Below, piece after piece: positions 50,141 to 57,696 of a stretch of DNA of 64,000 nucleotides. The notes under the pieces were generated by a model. It was not told the DNA's origin and ran no database searches. It worked only from the letters and a program-made list of their open reading frames with translations. Numbering within the stretch: position 1 is the stretch's first letter; every line of letters begins with the position of its first letter. This stretch comes from a virus. Both the position numbers and the translations under genes were made by a program. Location of the stretch: IMG/VR virus record IMGVR_UViG_3300042454_000021, positions 1-64,000 of that record. The stretch is one strand, 5' to 3'.

Positions 50141-50425
50141 ATGACAGCTAGAAAAATATCCACAAACCCTTTACCTATTTCGTTTAAAGATTTTTCTAAA
50201 AATCCTATAGTGGGTACGTTATTTGTTGTTCTTATAGGAATATCTTATTTGTATATTGATGTACGTAATACATTCACTGATCAAATCTCTCGTCAGAATG
50301 AGAAGATAGATAAGATGGAGGTTAAAGTGGATGCTTGTACAAATCAATTAAGAAAGTCTGATAGTTTACTTTCAGCAAGTGCTAGTAAAATAATGGTGTT
50401 ACAACAACTAGGGAAGATAAAATGA
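50141..50425 (+). CDS. TM plus coiled-coil protein (i-spanin/holin candidate)
   Basis: TM (IVGTLFVVLIGISYLYI) followed by a coiled coil. Confidence 0.5.
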   Translation: MTARKISTNPLPISFKDFSKNPIVGTLFVVLIGISYLYIDVRNTFTDQISRQNEKIDKMEVKVDACTNQLRKSDSLLSASASKIMVLQQLGKIK

Positions 50426-50778
50426 GACTCTTAATTATTTTTTCAATTTTCTTGTATGGTTGTTCTACAACTATTGCAGAAACAAATACATCAATAAATG
50501 ATAAACCTAGAAATATACAAAAAGAAGATTTTGAAGCTATTATGGCCCAATCTCAGAAGACTGGAATCCAAGCTGATGCTGCTTCTAGAAAAGCTGATCA
50601 AGCAGTAGAGAAGAAAGTGGATGTTACGATCAATAAGATAGAAACATTAAAGGAAGAAATTAAAGACTTAGTTAAAGAAAATGAAACCTTACAAAAAACT
50701 ATTAATGTTAGTGGTGAGCCTTTTGTTATTTTCTCAATCAGCGATAGCACAATATCCAACAAAGAAAATAATAGGTAA
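50422..50778 (+). CDS. Lipoprotein with a coiled coil (o-spanin candidate)
   Basis: Signal peptide with lipobox MRLLIIFSIFLYG-C. Confidence 0.55.
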   Translation: MRLLIIFSIFLYGCSTTIAETNTSINDKPRNIQKEDFEAIMAQSQKTGIQADAASRKADQAVEKKVDVTINKIETLKEEIKDLVKENETLQKTINVSGEPFVIFSISDSTISNKENNR

Positions 50779-51106
50779 TGATACAGTGGTTATCATTACA
50801 GAGAAGCAAGCTAACGATATAAATAATATTTTTAAAAATATAAAGGGCGATAGGATTAAGTTTGATAGCTTAGTGGTTTCATTTGATAAAGCAAAAAAAC
50901 TAAATAAAGAACTAGACGCTAAGCAAGCTAACTATTATTCATTACTTGCTGAATCCAATAACAGGACTTCTGTTGTAGAAGAAAAAAATAAAAATTTAAC
51001 ACTAATAAATACATCATTAGGTAAAGCTAAGTTGTCAATTGATTTGTCAACACTTTCACTTATGTTTGCACTTGTTAGTATTTTAGCGATATCATTTAAA
51101 CCATAA
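50681..51106 (+). CDS. Secreted coiled-coil protein with a C-terminal TM
   Basis: Signal peptide ending SAIA-Q, a coiled coil, and C-terminal hydrophobic LSLMFALVSILAISF. Confidence 0.5.
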   Translation: MKPYKKLLMLVVSLLLFSQSAIAQYPTKKIIGNDTVVIITEKQANDINNIFKNIKGDRIKFDSLVVSFDKAKKLNKELDAKQANYYSLLAESNNRTSVVEEKNKNLTLINTSLGKAKLSIDLSTLSLMFALVSILAISFKP

Positions 51107-51110
51107 ATAT

Positions 51111-51449
51111 ATGTTAGAGAAAATAGCCATCTATGCAGGAATAGCAATAATGTTATCTGTATACCCAGCAATTAAGATTAGAAAAGCCAACGCACTATCT
51201 AGATACCAAAATAGAGTTAGTGTATTAGAACACAAGATTGATGAAATCAAAATCATAGAGCAAGATCCTGCTACAAGGTTTGTAAAGATTGGTAAGATAG
51301 AAGCCAAGATTGTAAAGGTGAGAGAGAAAGCTGATGAAACTATGAAGGTTTTAAAGCTACGTGCTAAGTGGGACTATCAGAAAGACCTAATAAAACTTAA
51401 GCGTAAACAGGTTTATCTTGATTCTACAATTGTATTACCTGCTAAATAA
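51111..51449 (+). CDS. N-terminally anchored basic protein
   Basis: TM (IAIYAGIAIMLSVY) followed by a basic helical region. Confidence 0.45.
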   Translation: MLEKIAIYAGIAIMLSVYPAIKIRKANALSRYQNRVSVLEHKIDEIKIIEQDPATRFVKIGKIEAKIVKVREKADETMKVLKLRAKWDYQKDLIKLKRKQVYLDSTIVLPAK

Positions 51450-51526
51450 TCAATTTGATTAGAGTTGCTAATACAAATCATTAAAGTAAATTTTAATACT
51501 AATAATATATATTGTTTAAACTAATA

Positions 51527-51534
51527 TATATTTG
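51527..51534 (+). promoter_or_regulatory. Putative -7 promoter element for the mucin-like/GT block
   Basis: TATATTTG in the intergenic region, 26 nt before ATG 51561. Confidence 0.6.
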
Positions 51535-51560
51535 TAACATTCTATAAAAATATTCATACA

Positions 51561-52772
51561 ATGGCTATACCATCTAGACAAATAGGTTGGGGAACAGAGG
51601 AAAATCTGTTATGGCAAATCTCTAAGCAATTAGAGTATTTGTCAGGCATTACATACAATAGTGGTGGAGGATCAGGTTCAGGAACAAGTGGTTCCTCAGG
51701 AACTAGTGGTGGATCAGGTACTTCAGGATCAGCAGGTACTGCTGGATTAAGTGGATCTTCAGGAAGCTCAGGCGTAGCAGGTACATCTGGTTTATCTGGT
51801 GATAGATATAAAACAGAATCTGTTACAGAGTTTACATTAGGAACTGGTGGAACTATAACTGTAGGTACAGGTTTATCATACACTACAGCCCAAGACATCA
51901 TTATATCATATGATTCTACTCATCATCAAGTATCGATGGTTACATCATATGATTCTGGTACAGGTATATTAGTATTTGGTGCACCTTCAGAAACTACAGG
52001 AACAGGAGCATACAGTGACTGGACAGTTAACCTTAATGGTGCTGCAGGTGGTAATGGAACTAATGGAACGTCTGGATCTGCTGGAACAAGTGGACTATCA
52101 GGAACATCAGGTGTTGCTGGTACGTCAGGCTCTGCTGGTACTTCAGGTGCTACAGGAACTAATGGGTCCTCAGGAACTTCTGCATCTAGTGGCACAGCTG
52201 GTACAGCTGGTGTAGCTGGAACTGCAGGTACGTCTGGCACAAGTAGTGGTCCTACTACATCTTATGGTTTATTTGCTCAAACAGCTGATAGTACACCTGT
52301 AACTGCTACTACTGTAGAAACAACAATAGTAGGACCAGGAGTGGGTGGATTATCTGTTCCTGCAAATGGATTCTCTATTGGAGATTCTTTTACTTGTTTA
52401 TTAGATGGTCAGATGTCTTGTACAAGTTCATCAACAGTACATATTCGTGTTAAAACATTATCAGGAGCACTTCTTGCTGATACTGGTATAATTGACTTGG
52501 CTGCTGCAACTAATAAAGCTTGGATAATGAATTTGTATTTTACAATTAGAACATTAGGAGGAGCTGGTACTGCATCACTTTCATCTGGAGGATTGTTTTC
52601 TTACATTAGAAATGGAGGAACTCAGTTTGAAGGATATAATTTAAGTACAGTTAATACCACTACGTTTGACACTACAATAAGTAACACATTGGTAATCACT
52701 GCACAATGGGATAGTAATAGTGTAGATAATTCAATAATTTCTCGAAACTTTACATTAACTAAAGTTTACTAA
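51561..52772 (+). CDS. Fibre/decoration protein with GTS repeats
   Basis: MAIPSRQIGW N-terminal anchor, Gly-X-Y Ser/Thr tracts, a ~90-aa module shared with the 31240 fibre, and a beta-rich C-terminal head. Confidence 0.65.
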   Translation: MAIPSRQIGWGTEENLLWQISKQLEYLSGITYNSGGGSGSGTSGSSGTSGGSGTSGSAGTAGLSGSSGSSGVAGTSGLSGDRYKTESVTEFTLGTGGTITVGTGLSYTTAQDIIISYDSTHHQVSMVTSYDSGTGILVFGAPSETTGTGAYSDWTVNLNGAAGGNGTNGTSGSAGTSGLSGTSGVAGTSGSAGTSGATGTNGSSGTSASSGTAGTAGVAGTAGTSGTSSGPTTSYGLFAQTADSTPVTATTVETTIVGPGVGGLSVPANGFSIGDSFTCLLDGQMSCTSSSTVHIRVKTLSGALLADTGIIDLAAATNKAWIMNLYFTIRTLGGAGTASLSSGGLFSYIRNGGTQFEGYNLSTVNTTTFDTTISNTLVITAQWDSNSVDNSIISRNFTLTKVY

Positions 52773-52773
52773 C

Positions 52774-53187
52774 ATGGCAATTCCATCAAGACAGATAGGC
52801 TGGAGTACAAAGAGTAATTTGCTTTGGCAGATTTCTAAGCAATTAGAAGCTTTATCAGGCATTATGTATGCTAGAGGTAATCCATCAGTTACTTACTATA
52901 ATGTAGCTGGTTGTGAAAGAATGGAATACCATGTAATTAAATACACTGGTGCTGGCACATTAGCAGAAGGTACCATTGTTAATAATGCTACTCCTGAATG
53001 TTGGACTATAATAGATGCAGCAACAGGTCCTGAAGATGTAGGAACTATTGCCTATGTGTGGAACACTCCTAGTGATTGTCAACCTTGTATAGATTCTCAT
53101 ACAACTACTACTACATCTACTAGCACATCGACTACAACATCCACCAGTACGTCGACAACAACAACTACGACTACTGCTGCACCTTAA
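52774..53187 (+). CDS. Putative decoration protein with a mucin-like Thr/Ser tail
   Basis: Same MAIPSRQIGW..NLLWQISKQLE.LSGI N-terminus as the upstream gene, a 4-Cys domain, then TTTTTSTSTSTTTSTSTSTTTTTTTAAP. Confidence 0.6.
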   Translation: MAIPSRQIGWSTKSNLLWQISKQLEALSGIMYARGNPSVTYYNVAGCERMEYHVIKYTGAGTLAEGTIVNNATPECWTIIDAATGPEDVGTIAYVWNTPSDCQPCIDSHTTTTTSTSTSTTTSTSTSTTTTTTTAAP

Positions 53188-53211
53188 GAATTAAATTAAA
53201 CCAACAACTAC

Positions 53212-54228
53212 ATGAAGGAATTAAAATTTATCTGTGCCCAACCAGATGACACCTACTACACTTGGCAGGTACATCTATGGTTAGAAAGCTTAAGAAACAT
53301 TGGACATTCAGATAAGGCTATTGTCCTCATCTTTATCCCATCGTTTAGAGATAAGAATGAGAAATGGCAACAGGTCGTAGACCTCTATCCAGAAGCAGAG
53401 TTTGCTTTCTATAAGGATCAAGATGGCGTAAGTGAAAAGTTAGGAATCTATATTCCTGTATTACGACCTTACTCATTGATGCGCTACTGGCAGGATCATC
53501 CAGACATGAAAGACAAAGCAGTGTTCTACTGCGACTCTGATGTCTTGTTTACAGATAAATTTAATGTTGATGCATATATTGATGACGATATAAACTATTT
53601 ATCAGACACCAATAGCTACATTAACGCTTCATACTTCGATAGTAAGATACACCAAGTGCTTCCTGAAAGGTTGCATGGATATAAAAAAATAGATGTTCTA
53701 GCTCAGGCTACAGAGATGTGTGGTATCACACGTAAAATAGCAGAGGAGAACAACGACCACTCAGGAGGCGCTCAATATTTGTTAAAGAATATTGATGTTA
53801 TGTTCTGGGAGAAGGTACTAAGAGATTGCATTACAATACGTAGTTATTTATTAAACATAAACAGACTATATTTCAAGGATGAATCTGCAGGCTTTCAAAG
53901 TTGGTGTGCTGACATGTGGGCTGTCCTCTGGGCTATTTGGTTTAGAGGTGGGGTCACTAAGAATTTACCTGAAATGGAATTCTCTTGGTCGTCAGATCCT
54001 ATTGACAAGGTCCACAGGTTAGGTATATTACATAACGCTGGTATTGTCAATAAAGATATGGGTGACTACCCAGCATTTTACAAAGGTGAGTATCATATGG
54101 GTAAAGATCCATTTCAAGATCCTCATTTAGAATTAGTATTCAATGATCCAAGAGCTCAACAAAAAGGTACACACTACTACGTTGAGCAAATGATGAAGTT
54201 AAAATATAAGTATAAATTAAATTATTAA
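53212..54228 (+). CDS. GT-A glycosyltransferase resembling plant peptidyl-Ser galactosyltransferase / Hyp arabinosyltransferase (GT96/GT95)
   Basis: YYTWQ near the N-terminus, LRPY, DxD motif (YCDSD), GGAQY and SWCADMWA. Confidence 0.6.
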   Translation: MKELKFICAQPDDTYYTWQVHLWLESLRNIGHSDKAIVLIFIPSFRDKNEKWQQVVDLYPEAEFAFYKDQDGVSEKLGIYIPVLRPYSLMRYWQDHPDMKDKAVFYCDSDVLFTDKFNVDAYIDDDINYLSDTNSYINASYFDSKIHQVLPERLHGYKKIDVLAQATEMCGITRKIAEENNDHSGGAQYLLKNIDVMFWEKVLRDCITIRSYLLNINRLYFKDESAGFQSWCADMWAVLWAIWFRGGVTKNLPEMEFSWSSDPIDKVHRLGILHNAGIVNKDMGDYPAFYKGEYHMGKDPFQDPHLELVFNDPRAQQKGTHYYVEQMMKLKYKYKLNY

Positions 54229-54232
54229 TAAC

Positions 54233-54505
54233 ATGGCAATTCAGAGAGATTTAAAAGCATTTGTTCGCTACGATGGTAGTGGAAGGGTTGTTGCAGGCAG
54301 CCTTATTCTGAGAAAGAACAAGCCAAAAGTGGGAAGATGGCAAGAGATTCCAGCATATGAGTGCTGTAATTACATTCCTACAACTACGACTACTACTACA
54401 GCTAGTCCAACAACAACGACTACTTCTACTAGCACGTCTACTTCTACGACTACGTCAACTAGTACATCTACGTCTACAACTACTACAACGACAACTATTG
54501 TATAA
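54233..54505 (+). CDS. Small protein with a conserved ~48-aa head and a mucin-like Thr/Ser tail
   Basis: LKAFVRYDGSGRVVAGSLILRKNKPKVGRWQEI..ECCN followed by a ~40-aa T/S tract. Confidence 0.7.
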   Translation: MAIQRDLKAFVRYDGSGRVVAGSLILRKNKPKVGRWQEIPAYECCNYIPTTTTTTTASPTTTTTSTSTSTSTTTSTSTSTSTTTTTTTIV

Positions 54506-54507
54506 TC

Positions 54508-54810
54508 ATGGCAAATAGCAATAATCAATTAAAAGCATACGTTCGTTTCGATGGAACAGGACGTATAGTACCAAGCAGCTTAATCTTACAAAGATTCAAG
54601 CCTAAGGATGGTAACTGGCAAGAGATAGATGCAAAAGAATGTTGTAATTTTGTTCCAACAACTACAACAACTACCACTGCAACTCCTACTACTACAACTA
54701 CGTCGTCTTCAACAAGTACGTCAACATCTACTAGTACTTCAACTAGTACAAGTACTTCAACGTCAACGTCTACTAGTACAACTACAACCACTACAACAGC
54801 AGCACCATAA
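54508..54810 (+). CDS. Paralogue of 54233..54505 with a mucin-like Thr/Ser tail
   Basis: LKAYVRFDGTGRIVPSSLILQRFKPKDGNWQEI..ECCN followed by a ~47-aa T/S tract ending AAP. Confidence 0.7.
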   Translation: MANSNNQLKAYVRFDGTGRIVPSSLILQRFKPKDGNWQEIDAKECCNFVPTTTTTTTATPTTTTTSSSTSTSTSTSTSTSTSTSTSTSTSTTTTTTTAAP

Positions 54811-55223
54811 TGGCTAAATCATTATTTCCACAAGAAATGTTAAGTAAAGCAAGTGATAGCGAGCTCTCGTTAGAGAGCATCGCTGCTAAGCTTACTTATT
54901 TTCATGAGCAATTACATTTGACTCATTGGCAAACAAAAAGTTATGCAGAACATCAAGCCACAGGGGCATTGTACGATTATGTACATGATTTCAAAGATGG
55001 ATTGATTGAGAAGCTTATGGGCTATACAGGTAAAAGACCTGGAGTTTATAAAATAGAACCTCTTACAGATTGTACAGCTGAAAAATGTGTAGCAGATATA
55101 ATGTCATTTGCATCATCATTAAAGATGTATGGAGAAAAGAATGCTTATCATGATGTATGTAACTTAGCTGATGCATTGTCTGGAGAGGCAGCAAAAACTA
55201 AATATCTATTAACCTTGTCTTAA
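54810..55223 (+). CDS. Ferritin/Dps-like protein (DUF5856-like)
   Basis: HLTHWQTKSYAEHQATGALYD...D.LIEKLMG...KYLLTLS. Confidence 0.75.
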   Translation: MAKSLFPQEMLSKASDSELSLESIAAKLTYFHEQLHLTHWQTKSYAEHQATGALYDYVHDFKDGLIEKLMGYTGKRPGVYKIEPLTDCTAEKCVADIMSFASSLKMYGEKNAYHDVCNLADALSGEAAKTKYLLTLS

Positions 55224-55507
55224 TGCAAGTAGAGAAGAGATTCTTTCCCAAAATAATGGCTGACAATGATGCAATATATTTCTCGCATCTAGAAGGCATT
55301 ATAGATTCAGTTGATGAATTATCTAGTATGGAAGTTGTAAAACATCCTAAGCACTATTCATTCAGGATTGCACCTTCTCTTCCTATGTATACAAACATGT
55401 TAATAGAGGAACTATTTAAGTTCCACAACAGATTCCAGATCAAACTAAATATGAGTAAAAGCATTAAAACAAATGCAGTTATTTCTTTTGAAATTGATTT
55501 GGGATGA
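55223..55507 (+). CDS. Hypothetical protein
   Basis: 94-aa ORF translationally coupled to the upstream gene. Confidence 0.55.
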   Translation: MQVEKRFFPKIMADNDAIYFSHLEGIIDSVDELSSMEVVKHPKHYSFRIAPSLPMYTNMLIEELFKFHNRFQIKLNMSKSIKTNAVISFEIDLG

Positions 55508-55508
55508 T

Positions 55509-55516
55509 TATATTTG
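55509..55516 (+). promoter_or_regulatory. Putative -7 promoter element
   Basis: TATATTTG with TTTG (55487-55490) 18 nt upstream; before ATG 55539. Confidence 0.55.
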
Positions 55517-55538
55517 TTCAAACTAAACCAAAAATAAA

Positions 55539-55799
55539 ATGCAAATAGTAAAAGACGATGAGACAGGCGCTTCAGAAGTTCCTGCATACGATCCTTCAAA
55601 GAAATACACTTGGCATCAAGATGCTCAATTCATTCTTTCAGGTAACGAATTTGGAATGCTTTTAAACTCATTACGTGGAATTGTTTCTACGCCAGAGGCT
55701 AGAGTTATATTACGTGCTGCTGATGCAGCTGACGCTATTGAAAGTATAATGGCTAGGGCTGTTGAATCAGGATTAGTTATTGAATATCAAGAACAATAA
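55539..55799 (+). CDS. Hypothetical protein
   Basis: 86-aa ORF downstream of a promoter motif. Confidence 0.55.
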   Translation: MQIVKDDETGASEVPAYDPSKKYTWHQDAQFILSGNEFGMLLNSLRGIVSTPEARVILRAADAADAIESIMARAVESGLVIEYQEQ

Positions 55800-56225
55800 A
55801 TGAACATTAAAGAATTCGATATGGGCAAGTACATCTTACTGATTGGTAAGGATGCTACTGACATATTCAATTACTATAAAGTTAAAGAAATGCATGGGCT
55901 AAATCTTAAAGATGCCCAAGCAGAAGAGGTTGATAAGACAAAAGGTAATGGTGTATACATCTATGGATTGACAAACTACGATCCTGCAGATAAAAAGCTA
56001 GTAGCTAAAGCTCCTTATAAACCTTTTCTTTTTTTAAACATGGGCACTTTTAAAAGATATAGTGCTGATGAACAGAAAACAGCTATAATGCATGAAACAA
56101 TGCACATGGCTCTTCTCCTATACAAATGGGATGCTGAGAAAAAATCAGAAGAAATAGTAACAATGGCTGAAGATGAGGCTAATAAAATCATCAAAAAACT
56201 CAAAGGTATTAAAGTTATAAAATAA
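55800..56225 (+). CDS. HExxH zincin-like protein
   Basis: IMHETMHMA followed by a downstream EE. Confidence 0.55.
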   Translation: MNIKEFDMGKYILLIGKDATDIFNYYKVKEMHGLNLKDAQAEEVDKTKGNGVYIYGLTNYDPADKKLVAKAPYKPFLFLNMGTFKRYSADEQKTAIMHETMHMALLLYKWDAEKKSEEIVTMAEDEANKIIKKLKGIKVIK

Positions 56226-56422
56226 TGGCAAAGGCAAACAAATCATTAGGTAGTCTTTCAGGACTAAAGGCTTCTAACAAACGTGTAGGACCTGTAGATC
56301 CTAAAGGTGCTTGGACAAAGGTTCAAGAGAAAACTTTAGCAGGAGCTAAAAGTGGTAAACCTTCATTGAAAAAAGATAAAGAACTTGGTGCTACCAAGAT
56401 GGGTGCTAAAAAGAAGAAGTAA
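56225..56422 (+). CDS. Small Lys-rich protein
   Basis: 65 aa with an MAK start; TAATG-coupled at both ends. Confidence 0.6.
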   Translation: MAKANKSLGSLSGLKASNKRVGPVDPKGAWTKVQEKTLAGAKSGKPSLKKDKELGATKMGAKKKK

Positions 56423-56658
56423 TGATCTTTGAACCTGTTAACAGAATAGATGTATCTACACCTAAAGGTGATGGAGTCATCTGGCTTGTTACAGAATATG
56501 GTCATGAAACTGATACAATGTATACAGTTATTATTAACGCCACAGGGGAGCTCTGGCAATTTATTCATAGAGATATTAGGGTAAAACCTAATGTAACATT
56601 TAGAAGATATGGCAAAGGCGAAAGACAAGAATTGGATTCAGAAGGCAGTAAATCCTAA
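56422..56658 (+). CDS. Hypothetical small beta-rich protein
   Basis: 78 aa, TPKGDG..W...YG.E; coupled to the upstream gene. Confidence 0.55.
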   Translation: MIFEPVNRIDVSTPKGDGVIWLVTEYGHETDTMYTVIINATGELWQFIHRDIRVKPNVTFRRYGKGERQELDSEGSKS

Positions 56659-56764
56659 ACATAAAGGTTTCTGCACCCCTATGACAAAAGCTACATGCAC
56701 TCCCAAGCGCAAAGCATTAGCTATGACATTTAAGAAAATGGCTGCAAAGCGTAAGGGTAAATAA
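56609..56764 (+). CDS. Small Lys-rich protein (not in the ORF track)
   Basis: 51 aa: MAKAKDKNWIQKAVNPKHKGFCTPMTKATCTPKRKALAMTFKKMAAKRKGK. Confidence 0.65.
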   Translation: MAKAKDKNWIQKAVNPKHKGFCTPMTKATCTPKRKALAMTFKKMAAKRKGK

Positions 56765-56766
56765 CT

Positions 56767-57090
56767 ATGGCTAAGTCATCACTAAAATCTATGGTGAAGT
56801 CTGGTCTTAGAGCTGGATTACGTAACACACAACCTCAGAATGTCACTAGAGGTAATGGTGTTAAGAATCCACAGAAGGCTACAGCTTATGTAGGTAAGGG
56901 TGTCCTTAGAAATGGTGATAGTATACCAGCAATCAAAGGAGCCATAACACCTGTACCTAATGGTCATCTTATAAAGAAAGATGGCACATCATTAAAGAAT
57001 GGTGGTAAGATAAAGTGCTGGACTGGCTATGTGAAGAAAGGTACCAAGAAGAAAGGTGGTAGAACAGTTAATAACTGCGTTAAGAAATAA
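56767..57090 (+). CDS. Small Lys-rich protein with a CWxGY...G.K.K.G..V.NCV motif
   Basis: C-terminal KCWTGYVKKGTKKKGGRTVNNCVKK; also LKNGG. Confidence 0.65.
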   Translation: MAKSSLKSMVKSGLRAGLRNTQPQNVTRGNGVKNPQKATAYVGKGVLRNGDSIPAIKGAITPVPNGHLIKKDGTSLKNGGKIKCWTGYVKKGTKKKGGRTVNNCVKK

Positions 57091-57218
57091 TGAGAAAGAC
57101 TACTAAACTAGATGCTTTCAGCAAGGTTAAGAAAGCCATGAAGCCTAAAAAAGAAAAGATGTGGATGGATAAGGTTAAGAAAAATTTATCTAAAGTTCAA
57201 TCTATTAAGAAAAGATAA
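57090..57218 (+). CDS. Small Lys-rich protein (not in the ORF track)
   Basis: 42 aa: MRKTTKLDAFSKVKKAMKPKKEKMWMDKVKKNLSKVQSIKKR. TAATG overlaps at both ends. Confidence 0.6.
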   Translation: MRKTTKLDAFSKVKKAMKPKKEKMWMDKVKKNLSKVQSIKKR

Positions 57219-57478
57219 TGGCAAATAAAGCTATTGTTAAAGCTGGTGGTCAAACTCATAAAGTTTTCAAAAAGAAAACTGATAAGGGTATAGGTGATAA
57301 GGGAGACATCGTTGTAGATCATACAGCTGGAATACCAGCAGGTAAATGGGATAAGATTAATCTCACTGCTAAATCTAGAGCTAAAACTGTTAAACAAGGT
57401 GTTGCTTCAGTTAAGAAGTGGCACAAAGACAATCCTGACTATGGCAAAAAGCGAAGCATGGCAAAGAAAGGAAGGTAA
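57218..57478 (+). CDS. Small Lys-rich protein
   Basis: 86-aa basic ORF, coupled to the upstream gene. Confidence 0.6.
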   Translation: MANKAIVKAGGQTHKVFKKKTDKGIGDKGDIVVDHTAGIPAGKWDKINLTAKSRAKTVKQGVASVKKWHKDNPDYGKKRSMAKKGR

Positions 57479-57695
57479 GAATCCTTCTGGTGGCCTAAAT
57501 GCAAAAGGTAGGGCTTCCTACAACAGAGCTAACCCAGGTAAACCTGGTCTTAAAGCTCCACAACCTGAAGGTGGTCCTCGCAAGAAATCATTCTGTGCTA
57601 GGATGTCAGGCATGAAAAAGAAACTAACGTCTGCAAAAACTGCAAACGATCCTAATTCTCGTATCAATAAATCTCTACGTAAGTGGAAGTGTTAA
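57441..57695 (+). CDS. DUF6321-like small basic phage protein
   Basis: AWQRKEGKNPSGGLNAKGRASYN...LKAP...RKKSFCARM...DPNSRINKSLRKWKC. Confidence 0.75.
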   Translation: MAKSEAWQRKEGKNPSGGLNAKGRASYNRANPGKPGLKAPQPEGGPRKKSFCARMSGMKKKLTSAKTANDPNSRINKSLRKWKC

Positions 57696-57696
57696 C

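Noticed and set aside
31765-52060. Diversity-generating retroelement template/variable repeat pair
   Set aside because: The two copies differ at all base types rather than only at adenines, both are inside CDSs, and no reverse transcriptase is in the window.
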